This document shows positions 49,260 through 57,774 of a stretch of DNA of 64,000 nt, piece by piece. A program made the translations under genes and the position numbers. The DNA lies in the NCBI GenBank assembly GCA_964460065.1, contig CAYWPF010000025.1, positions 25,504-89,503 on the forward strand, read 5' to 3'. The first letter of the stretch is position 1. Every line of letters starts with the position of its first letter. Origin of the DNA: an uncultured Enterobacteriaceae bacterium (lineage in GTDB: Bacteria > Desulfobacterota > Binatia > Bin18). Below the pieces are notes generated by a model. That model was not told the origin of the DNA and did no database searches. It worked only from the letters and a program-made list of their open reading frames with translations.

Positions 49260-49751
49260 ATGAATAGTGGTAATAGTGATGAGCAGCTAATTCTTCCGTC
49301 TAGAGATCTGCGGTTCCCGGTAGATCGTTCCCTGGGGGAACTGTTTGTCCGCGATGGTTTACACCGAGCGGATGACTACGCGTTTTGGGCCTCAATTGGT
49401 AGAGCGCAGGGTGAACAGGGAGTTGCCCCGGGCAAAGAGCTACGGTTGAACGTTAATCCGCAAGCTTCAACTGACTTGTCTCCATTACGGGCGTTACCGC
49501 CCGGCGGAATTCAGTACTTGCAGCTTTCCGCCTCGCGCGTGAACAATGATAGTTTGGCACATTTAGCCCACCTGACAGGACTCCGGGTATTATGGTTATA
49601 CGATACACGTATTAGTGATGCGGGTCTTGTACATCTGCGGGGGCTGAAGGGTCTCCGAGTATTAAACCTCCGAAGTACACTCGCGAGTCGTGCCGGGATC
49701 GACGCACTGCAGGATGACCTTCCCAAGTGCGAATTCCGAAGGCCATGGTGA
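49260..49751 (+). CDS. Small leucine-rich-repeat (LRR) domain protein
   Basis: 163 aa. C-terminal LxxLxxLxxLxL repeats (LAHLAHLTGLRVLWLYDTRISDAGLVHLRGLKGLRVLNLRST). The upstream ORF extension overlaps acuI in another frame, so I trimmed it. Confidence 0.5.
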   Translation: MNSGNSDEQLILPSRDLRFPVDRSLGELFVRDGLHRADDYAFWASIGRAQGEQGVAPGKELRLNVNPQASTDLSPLRALPPGGIQYLQLSASRVNNDSLAHLAHLTGLRVLWLYDTRISDAGLVHLRGLKGLRVLNLRSTLASRAGIDALQDDLPKCEFRRPW

Positions 49752-49899
49752 GGCCAGAATGCTACGGCTGTGCGCTGCAGCAGTGCCTACGCTAAACGCC
49801 TGTCAACCCTTTCGGGCGAACGCTACGAACGGTGCGTCTCAGTATGAGGCGATGCCGGTGAGCCGGGGGACCTACCGGCAATGCCTCACGTGTGCCGGC

Positions 49900-50802
49900 C
49901 TATTTCCCTGTGTAACCTGGGTTCGTAGGGTTATCCAGCCAATCCCTTCGTTTTTCGTAAGGCAGATCGACATACGTCTGCATGGCGAGAACTCCATCGT
50001 CGGATAACATCGTCTCCAGAAAAGCAGAACTTTCAATGTCCAGCCCCGCGTCGAGATGCGTGTCGTTACCAGCGTGCACTGCGTGTTTGGCCCGTGCTAC
50101 GGCAATGGGCGGGAAATTGGCGATTTCATGTGCAATCTGGGTAGCCCTTTCAATTGCGCTGTCAGCGACTTCGTGGATGAGGCCAAAACGAAGAGCCTCT
50201 GCGGGTGGAACTACCCGTGAACGTATAACAAATTCGAGTGCTCGACCGACTCCAATAAGCCTCGAAAGCCGCTGAGTACCGCTGCCTCCCGGCAGTATTC
50301 CTAGTTTGACTTCGGGAAAACCATAACGGTAGTCTCCGTTCTGTCCGATACGGAGGTCACATGAAAGACTTAATTCGAATCCACCGCCCATTGTATCGCC
50401 GTTCATAGCGACAATTATTGGTTTAGGGAGATCGCTAAGATTTTTGAGCAGAGAATGATAGCTAGTGGTCAGCGATGTTCCGGCGAGGCGCATCGCTTCG
50501 CGGTCTTTAGCGAGATCCAGCAATTCTTCGACGCTGTAATGCGTGATAAACTTTCCATCTACACCACCCGTCAGAATCACCGCTCTAACAGAGGGGTCTT
50601 GCCACTCGTCGATAAGTTTCCATAACTCTTGTGTGCCCTCTGCGCAAAAATAATTCATTGGCGCGTTCGTATACGCGGCAGTGACGACTCCTTCGTTGAG
50701 GTCGGTATTCCAGTAACTCATAAGATACTCCTTGTATTTGGCAATGTCTTTGGTTGCATATGCCAGGCACGCTTTGACAGCAAGGGCTAGATTTGGGCCC
50801 AT
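49900..50802 (-). CDS. Enoyl-CoA hydratase/isomerase family protein
   Basis: Crotonase fold (AVILTGGVDGKFITHY...MGGGFELSLSCD). The true start may be the internal Met at 50721. Confidence 0.75.
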   Translation of the reverse strand: MGPNLALAVKACLAYATKDIAKYKEYLMSYWNTDLNEGVVTAAYTNAPMNYFCAEGTQELWKLIDEWQDPSVRAVILTGGVDGKFITHYSVEELLDLAKDREAMRLAGTSLTTSYHSLLKNLSDLPKPIIVAMNGDTMGGGFELSLSCDLRIGQNGDYRYGFPEVKLGILPGGSGTQRLSRLIGVGRALEFVIRSRVVPPAEALRFGLIHEVADSAIERATQIAHEIANFPPIAVARAKHAVHAGNDTHLDAGLDIESSAFLETMLSDDGVLAMQTYVDLPYEKRRDWLDNPTNPGYTGK

Positions 50803-51047
50803 CGTGGCTGGTTAAACGCTGTTGTCCCGAGAAATCGAGAAAGGTAGACAACCTGTTCTGAGGAGAGAGGGGTCTGGCCTAAATGGTCAAACCCTATCCA
50901 CGAGTCGTAGCAGGGAGGCGGGCGCATCAGTGGGCCCGAATTCTATTTCGTCCTTACCTAGGATAGTGTCGTCGCTTCGCCCCCGCAGGAGTGGCAGGAC
51001 CGGTTAAGCTGCTCGTCCGGGGGGATGTAGCCTTTCGATAGGTAGTG

Positions 51048-51251
51048 TCATTTGTCACCTTTGCGCGATTTGATCGAGACGATCTTTTTCTCTTTGTCTT
51101 GGTCTGTTTCCCAAGCGTCGTGCTGCGTTGCGCAATGTACCAGTACCCTCGCCAAAGTATCCTTGTATTCTTCGGATTTACCGGAACATTCCCCGCACGA
51201 CCACTCATCTTCCTTTACGTTGCCTATCTCTCCGCCGATTACCTGTGGCAT
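51048..51251 (-). CDS. Small C2H2-like zinc-finger protein with a Lys-rich tail
   Basis: 67 aa. The motif is C-x2-C-x15-H-x4-H (WSCGECSGKSEEYKDTLARVLVHCATQHD). RBS AAGGAGG is directly upstream. Confidence 0.45.
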   Translation of the reverse strand: MPQVIGGEIGNVKEDEWSCGECSGKSEEYKDTLARVLVHCATQHDAWETDQDKEKKIVSIKSRKGDK

Positions 51252-51521
51252 AAAGCCTCCTTAGTAACTCTTATGAATCTCTCTGTAGTTATTGTTTATT
51301 TACCTCAAGAAGACTTTGCAGGTCCAGGGGTCTATCGTAGCCTGATCTGTATACCCGAGCGCCGTCTTCGGTGCCGGATGTCCAACGTCGGACCAAGAAA
51401 CCCAAATGGACCCTAGCGCGACAGGGTGATTGACTGATTTGGTACGCTGGCAGGGGAAGGATAGCAATTCTAACCAGTGCGAATTATAATCTGGACTTCT
51501 AAACTTGATTGAGGAGGTACT

Positions 51522-52430
51522 ATGGTTAATAAACCTGCCGTTGCGCTGGTTGCGGTGCCGGGGCGCCGAAAACAAACGTTGGAAGTGGCGAGTCAATTAG
51601 AACGCGAGGGGTTCAGCGGCATTTATTGCCAGAGTGTTGGCGATTGCATGGGGTTGTGTGAGGCGTTAGCCCTTACCACTCATGAAATCCCGTTCGGGAC
51701 CAGTATCGCGAATATGTACACTAGGCACCCTGCCGATTTTGCGCAAACTGCTGCCCTGATCCACGAGTTATCGTCGGGACGTTTTCGTTTTGGGGTAGGC
51801 GTTAGCCACGGGCCAGTCCTCAATCGTCTAAAAGTTGAGTCGGGCCGCCCGCTAAATGATATCCGTCGGTTTGTTGACGATCTACGCGCCGGCGTTGGGA
51901 AGAAGGACGCGTTACCGCCGATAATTTTGGCCACTCTGCGACGTCCCATGGCCAAGCTTTCGGCGGAGATTGGCCAGGGTGCGGTATGGGCGAATGCGGC
52001 ACTTTCCCATATGCGGACTTCCCTGAGCGCTCTACCAGACGAAAAAATGGAGGACGACGATTTTTTCGTCGGAAACATGATACCGACCGTAATTACCGAT
52101 GACAAAGCAGCAGCAGCGAGGGTTCATCGGCGAACCCTCAGTACATATGTGAGGCTGCCTAACTATCAGAAGTACTGGATCGAGGCAGGGTACCAAGAAG
52201 AGATGAGCCAAATTCAACAGGCAGTTCGAGATAAGGATGGTGATCGGATCCCGTCTTTATTGACGGATCGTTGGTTACAAGACGTGACTTTGTATGGGAC
52301 CGCTTCCGAGGTACGAGAAGGAGTTGAGGCCTGGGCTGCGACCGGTCTTAAAACGCCCATTTTGGTTCCGTCCTCCGCTAACGGTAATCAAATGGTGGCG
52401 TTGCAGGAAATAATTGAGGCTTTTCGTTAA
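51522..52430 (+). CDS. LLM-class flavin-dependent oxidoreductase (fifth paralogue)
   Basis: 302 aa. RBS GAGGAGG. LLM pattern (EREGFSGIYCQSVGD...RFRFGVGVSHG). Confidence 0.75.
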   Translation: MVNKPAVALVAVPGRRKQTLEVASQLEREGFSGIYCQSVGDCMGLCEALALTTHEIPFGTSIANMYTRHPADFAQTAALIHELSSGRFRFGVGVSHGPVLNRLKVESGRPLNDIRRFVDDLRAGVGKKDALPPIILATLRRPMAKLSAEIGQGAVWANAALSHMRTSLSALPDEKMEDDDFFVGNMIPTVITDDKAAAARVHRRTLSTYVRLPNYQKYWIEAGYQEEMSQIQQAVRDKDGDRIPSLLTDRWLQDVTLYGTASEVREGVEAWAATGLKTPILVPSSANGNQMVALQEIIEAFR

Positions 52431-52512
52431 GCATTGTCTGGCTGTCGTGTCCCATTTTTTGCTCTTGCCCGCGACGGCTATCAGATGTTGCGACCACTCG
52501 CAGGAGGATTTT

Positions 52513-53283
52513 ATGAAGGTGCTCGTAGAAAGGGAAGCGACGGTTACAACGATAATTATCAATCGGCCGGAATGCCGAAACGCGGTCGATGAAGAGACCG
52601 CGGGTTTGCTCCGCAAAGCCTTCATTGATTTTGACTCAGACGAGCAACAAGAGGTAGCGGTATTATGCGGCACCGGCGAGAATTTTTGTGCGGGTTACGA
52701 TCTTAAATCCTTATCGAAGGGCGGCCTAGATGCGCACTACGAACCGGAAGGTGATGGGGCTATGGGACCGAGCCGTATGTTCCTGAGCAAACCGACGATT
52801 TGTGCAATCGAAGGGTACGCTGTAGCGGGTGGGCTCGAGCTGGCGCTGCTATGCGACATGCGAGTGGTCTCAGAAAGTGCGCAGTTTGGCGTGTTCTGCC
52901 GTCGATGGGGAGTGCCACTTGTCGACGGGGGTACCGTGCGGCTCCCCAGGCTCATTGGAATGAGTAGGGCGCTTGATATGATCCTTACCGGGCGGGCTGT
53001 TGGTCCCGCGGAGGCAATGGAATTTGGTTTGGCGAACCGACTTGTCCCTACCGGGAGCGCTAGAGCCGTCGCTTTCGCGGTTGCTCAAGAGATTGCGAAG
53101 TTCCCGCAGCTTTGTTTGAGGGCGGATCGGGAGTCGGCTTACTACCAATGGGATATGGACCTTCGCTCAGCCCTCAGGCAGGAAGGTCGGGGAGGTCTGG
53201 CCCCGATCCAACAGGAAGCCCGTGAGGGCGCGCAACGTTTTTCAGACGGTAAAGGAAGAGGAGGCGACTTTGGTAAGATCTAG
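52513..53283 (+). CDS. Enoyl-CoA hydratase/isomerase family protein (third)
   Basis: Crotonase motifs (INRPECRNAVD...GTGENFCAGYDLK). I set the start at MKVLVER, which follows RBS GCAGGAGG. Confidence 0.8.
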   Translation: MKVLVEREATVTTIIINRPECRNAVDEETAGLLRKAFIDFDSDEQQEVAVLCGTGENFCAGYDLKSLSKGGLDAHYEPEGDGAMGPSRMFLSKPTICAIEGYAVAGGLELALLCDMRVVSESAQFGVFCRRWGVPLVDGGTVRLPRLIGMSRALDMILTGRAVGPAEAMEFGLANRLVPTGSARAVAFAVAQEIAKFPQLCLRADRESAYYQWDMDLRSALRQEGRGGLAPIQQEAREGAQRFSDGKGRGGDFGKI

Positions 53284-53462
53284 ACTATTACTGGAGTGTG
53301 TCTCATGTCGTAATGTCGGTGAGTGAAAGTTGTGACGCATTAGGAGGAAAATTGGATTGGTATAGCAAGACCAGATCGATGGTGGATCTCAAAGCCTTTG
53401 CTAGGGCCGACATCCACCCGCGGGTGAGTCGTATGAAACTTCAAATGCTTTAGAGAGCGTTC

Positions 53463-55373
53463 ATGTCACATGTCATCGGCACTGCAGGCCACATAGATCA
53501 CGGTAAGACGAGTCTTCTGAAGGCGCTGACCGGCCAGGACACCGATCGGCTCAAGGAAGAAAAGGAACGTGGTATTTCGATTGATCTGGGGTTCGCTTAC
53601 ATGGATCTTCCGAACGGCGAGCGGGCCGGCATCGTAGATGTGCCGGGTCATGAGCGGTTTATCCGCAACATGTTAGCAGGGGCGCAGGGGATAGACTTGG
53701 CTTTGTTTACAGTTGCGGCGGACGACGGGGTCATGCCTCAGACCGAGGAACATTTTGACTTCCTTTACCTGCTTGGCGTGGAGAAGGGTATTTTTGTCAT
53801 AAGTAAAGTGGACATGGTCGAATCCGGCCGTATCGAAGAGGTTCGAGAAGAAATCCAAATTTTGACCCTCGATACTTGCTTTGAAGAGGCACCTATTCTC
53901 CCGGTGTCTTGTGTCACGGGTGAAGGAATAGAATCTCTTCGAGAAGAGATTGTGGTCCAACTGAGTGCCTACGTAAGGCCGGAGCTGCCCGGCTACTTCA
54001 GACTTCCCGTGGACCGTGTTTTCACGTTAAAGGGCCACGGGGTGGTGGTAACGGGGACCGCGATCGCTGGTGGCGTTGATGAGGGTAGCACGGTGCGTGT
54101 ACTCCCGTCGCGGAAAGAGGCTCGAGTGCGTTCGCTCCAAGTTCATGGTGAGTCGGTGCGACGGGCGGGCTCGGGCCAACGCTTAGCATTAAATCTGGTA
54201 GGATTAGATAAGAAAGACATTGCACGAGGATCTGTGGTCTGTGATCCAAAAGTTTCTATGACCACAAACCGTTTCGACGCCAGGGTCGAGATTCGGCCTA
54301 ACGCAGGACGGGTGGTTCGCAACCATGAGAGGGTAAGACTTCATTTAGGCACTGCCGAAATCATAGGAAAAATCATTTTACTAGGTGGAATGGATGTCCT
54401 AGAGCCGAAGGCAAAGGCGATGTGTCAAATCGTTTCCGAAGAGCCATTGATCGCACTCAGAGGGGACCGATTTGTGCTCAGAAACGAAACTGCACAACTC
54501 ACCTTAGGGGGAGGTGTCGTCTTGCATCCTTTCGCACGGCGACACCGCAAGGCCGAGTCCGACATGATTTCTCGTTTGGAGGCACTTCGGTCGTCTCAGT
54601 TGGGTGAGGCTTGTCATGCGTACCTGGAGGTTTGCCCACAGTTTGCCGTACCCGTTGAAGAATTATACCATGGGGTCAATGCGGAAGAATCTGAGATCTT
54701 GCGAATCCTAAAGGAAGATAACGAGGTTCTGCCATTCCCGGACAGTAGCCATCCTGAGGCGTATTCGACCCGGGTCAAGTGGAACCGGTTAGTTGCCTCG
54801 GTCGAAAAATGCCTCTCCACATTCCACATAGAGTCGCCGCTCGCACTCGGAATGGAAATGGAATCTTTGAGGAGCCAATTGTCAGCAGGACTGACTCCCA
54901 AAATATTCCGCGTGGTTACTGAACGCCTGATGGATGCGAAAGTGATGGTGCGGGAGGGAAGCGTTTTACGGCTCAAGTCGCATTCCGTAACGCTGAGTCA
55001 GGAAGACACGGTAGTGGCGGCGAAATTGGAGCGTTGCATAGAGGAAGGGGCATGGACTCCACCGGATATGGCCGGCCTACAGAGCAAATTAGACCTAACG
55101 CGTAGGCAGCTGAACGATTTTCTTGGGGTGTTGGAGTCACGGCAAGCCATCACCAAGGTTACGCCGGACTTCTATCTAAGCGAGCAGTATTTGGACAGGG
55201 CAAGGAATGAATTGACCGACTATCTGTCGAAGAACGACGAGATCACGGCCGCGGTGTTTCGTGACCGCTTGAGTATCAGTAGAAAGACCGCTATCCCGCT
55301 TCTGGAATATTTCGACCGAACTGGGCTGACGCTGCGTGTCGGCGACGCTAGGCGGTTGCGAAGAACTAAGTAG
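53463..55373 (+). CDS. selB: Selenocysteine-specific translation elongation factor
   Basis: 636 aa. N-terminal GTPase (GTAGHIDHGKTSLL...DVPGHERF). C-terminal winged-helix end RDRLSISRKTAIPLLEYFDRTGLT parallels E. coli SelB. Confidence 0.9.
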   Translation: MSHVIGTAGHIDHGKTSLLKALTGQDTDRLKEEKERGISIDLGFAYMDLPNGERAGIVDVPGHERFIRNMLAGAQGIDLALFTVAADDGVMPQTEEHFDFLYLLGVEKGIFVISKVDMVESGRIEEVREEIQILTLDTCFEEAPILPVSCVTGEGIESLREEIVVQLSAYVRPELPGYFRLPVDRVFTLKGHGVVVTGTAIAGGVDEGSTVRVLPSRKEARVRSLQVHGESVRRAGSGQRLALNLVGLDKKDIARGSVVCDPKVSMTTNRFDARVEIRPNAGRVVRNHERVRLHLGTAEIIGKIILLGGMDVLEPKAKAMCQIVSEEPLIALRGDRFVLRNETAQLTLGGGVVLHPFARRHRKAESDMISRLEALRSSQLGEACHAYLEVCPQFAVPVEELYHGVNAEESEILRILKEDNEVLPFPDSSHPEAYSTRVKWNRLVASVEKCLSTFHIESPLALGMEMESLRSQLSAGLTPKIFRVVTERLMDAKVMVREGSVLRLKSHSVTLSQEDTVVAAKLERCIEEGAWTPPDMAGLQSKLDLTRRQLNDFLGVLESRQAITKVTPDFYLSEQYLDRARNELTDYLSKNDEITAAVFRDRLSISRKTAIPLLEYFDRTGLTLRVGDARRLRRTK

Positions 55374-55584
55374 TGAAGAAAGGGGTCTCCCGTTGGCTAA
55401 TGCAAAAGCCGACGAACGGCCCGACCTGTGGGTGGCACAAACGTGAAGAGCCCTCGTGCGGAAAGTATCTAACGATGCGGAACAATGGTTTTCAGTTGCT
55501 TGTCCGAGATGTGAGCCTTGCTCGCGGGAAATTTCGATCCTCAACCAGGACCTGCGTCTACCGCGCAGAATAAGCAGGTGAGCA

Positions 55585-56850
55585 GTGCGTTACGAACTTT
55601 TCTTGAGTCTACGGTATCTACGGGCGAGGCGGCGCGAAGGGTTCATTTCGCTTATTACGCTGATCTCCGCAGTCGGAGTCATGATTGGCGTAATGACGCT
55701 GAATATTGTTTTGGCAGTTATGACTGGCTTTGAAGAGGACCTTCGAGATCGCGTTCTCGGTTTTAATCCGCATATTGTTATATCTAGCCTGCAGGGATTC
55801 GTGGAAGCGCAAAGCCATGTACAGAAGGACGTAGAGGGATTAAAGGACGTTGTTGCTGTCGCCCCGTTCATCTATGGGCAGATTATGCTCAGCTCGGGAC
55901 AGAATGTATCGGGAGCGCTAGTTCGTGGGCTGGAGCCTAGGTTGGCAAGTGCGGTAGTTAACCTGCGTGCTCGTATTGTGTCGGGAGAAGTAGAACTGTT
56001 GGGAAAGGAACGGGCGATAGAGTTTGAGAACGAAGGAAGTGCCCGTTCTGCCAACCTCTCTGGCGTCATAATAGGGCACGAGCTTTCTCGACACTTAGGT
56101 GTGGATGTGGGTGACCCCATAAACGTAATCTCCCCACTAAATACTACGCCCGGGCCGCTGGGTGCTATTCCGAAGATGAAGAGGTTTTTTGTGGCCGGTG
56201 TCTTCGATTCTGGGATGTTTGAGTATGACAGCGGACTAATTTATATGGCGCTCCAGGATGCACAGAGCTTCTTTGATATGGACGGGCGGATCACAGGCTT
56301 CGAAGTTAAGGTTCGTGACTTTGACAAAGTTGAGCGGACGGCAGTACAGCTAGAGGAAATGCTAGGCTTTCCTTATGACGTCAGAGATTGGACCGATATC
56401 AATCGGAATATCTTTGCAGCCCTGAAACTCGAAAAAATCGTATACTTCATCGTTCTTCTACTCATAATTTTAGTGGCTGCATTCAACATCATAGCAACGT
56501 TGATCATGGTCGTGATGGAAAAGCGGAAGGATATAGCGGTACTGAAATCGCTGGGTGCTACGGCGCACTCGATCAGTCGTGTTTTCGTATATAAAGGGCT
56601 AACAATAGGGATCCTTGGAACGACGATGGGGTCATTTTTAGGTTTGACCGGTTGCTGGGCTTTACGGAAATACGAGTTTATTGAGCTCCCCAAGGATGTC
56701 TTCTATGTTTCTACTCTTCCGGTCAAGATGTACCCGGAAAATTTTATCATCGTCGCAATCGCCTCGATACTTATCTGCTTATTAGCCACGATTTATCCCT
56801 CGCGTCAGGCCGCGCGTCTAGCACCGGCGGATGTTCTCCGTTACGAGTGA
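55585..56850 (+). CDS. lolC: Lipoprotein-releasing system permease (LolC/LolE family, FtsX-like)
   Basis: 421 aa with a GTG start. N-terminus LSLRYLRARRREGFISLITLISAVGV matches the LolC/E hallmark. It has 4 TM segments and a periplasmic domain. Confidence 0.85.
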   Translation: MRYELFLSLRYLRARRREGFISLITLISAVGVMIGVMTLNIVLAVMTGFEEDLRDRVLGFNPHIVISSLQGFVEAQSHVQKDVEGLKDVVAVAPFIYGQIMLSSGQNVSGALVRGLEPRLASAVVNLRARIVSGEVELLGKERAIEFENEGSARSANLSGVIIGHELSRHLGVDVGDPINVISPLNTTPGPLGAIPKMKRFFVAGVFDSGMFEYDSGLIYMALQDAQSFFDMDGRITGFEVKVRDFDKVERTAVQLEEMLGFPYDVRDWTDINRNIFAALKLEKIVYFIVLLLIILVAAFNIIATLIMVVMEKRKDIAVLKSLGATAHSISRVFVYKGLTIGILGTTMGSFLGLTGCWALRKYEFIELPKDVFYVSTLPVKMYPENFIIVAIASILICLLATIYPSRQAARLAPADVLRYE

Positions 56851-56909
56851 CGGTGTAATCGGTGTTGCAAATGTCCGCGCAGGAAAGTCATTTCCGGGTT
56901 TAATGTTCT

Positions 56910-57593
56910 ATGGCACCAGTCATATTGGAGGCCTCAAAGGTCACGAAGTCGTATGCGAGTGAAGGAAATGAATTACGTGTGCTCAGCGATTTGCAACTGA
57001 GTATCGCACAAAGCGAGCGTGTCGGCGTTATAGGCGAATCTGGAGTCGGGAAAAGCACGTTGCTTCATATCTTAGGAGGGCTTGACCGGCCGACGAGCGG
57101 GTCAGTGGTACTCAATGGACAGGATCTTTTTACTTTGACGGATGGGGAACTAGCAGGTGTACGCAACCGCTGCATCGGATTTGTTTTTCAATTCCATCAT
57201 TTATTACCTGACTTTACGGCAGTCGAAAATGTCATGATGCCCGGGTTAATAGCTAACTTGGGTCCGGACGAAGCGAGGTCGCGGGCAATGAAAATATTGG
57301 ATCGGGTGGGCTTGGCCACTCGCTTTAGTCACCGACCAGGAGAATTGTCGGGCGGAGAGCAGCAGCGAGTGGCCGTTGCCCGGGCGTTGGTTCTTGAGCC
57401 AATGTTAATACTAGCTGACGAACCGACCGGAAATCTGGATGCTGAGAGCGGGCAGCGTGTGCTTGACATACTAGGAGCGTTACATAGTGATTTTGGCGTG
57501 GCAATGATCGTGGTGACTCACAGCGAGAAGCTTGCGGGTGAGATGGACCGTACGTTGAGATTGACTCGAGGATCGCTTGATAAGATCGTCTGA
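56910..57593 (+). CDS. lolD: Lipoprotein-releasing system ATP-binding protein
   Basis: 227 aa. Walker A GESGVGKST. LSGGEQQRVAVARAL signature. Confidence 0.9.
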   Translation: MAPVILEASKVTKSYASEGNELRVLSDLQLSIAQSERVGVIGESGVGKSTLLHILGGLDRPTSGSVVLNGQDLFTLTDGELAGVRNRCIGFVFQFHHLLPDFTAVENVMMPGLIANLGPDEARSRAMKILDRVGLATRFSHRPGELSGGEQQRVAVARALVLEPMLILADEPTGNLDAESGQRVLDILGALHSDFGVAMIVVTHSEKLAGEMDRTLRLTRGSLDKIV

Positions 57594-57774
57594 ATAGGAC
57601 GAAAAACCAAAAAATCGGGCAATAATAACCTGTGTCACCAAGTTGGGAGAAATACGTAAATTCTGCAAAGTACTTACGGCACCAGTGTTTGCTCTGACAT
57701 GACCTAGCTGCGACTTTACAAACTTTGCTGTTTTTGTTAGACAAAGAGCGATTTTTCACGTTATTGGAAGATGC

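Noticed and set aside
53284-53462. Possible tRNA-Sec (selC) or other tRNA upstream of selB. A CTTCAAAT string resembles a UCA anticodon loop
   Set aside because: The region has no acceptor-stem pairing and no T-loop (GGTTCGAnTCC-type). I found no tRNA-like structure anywhere in the window.
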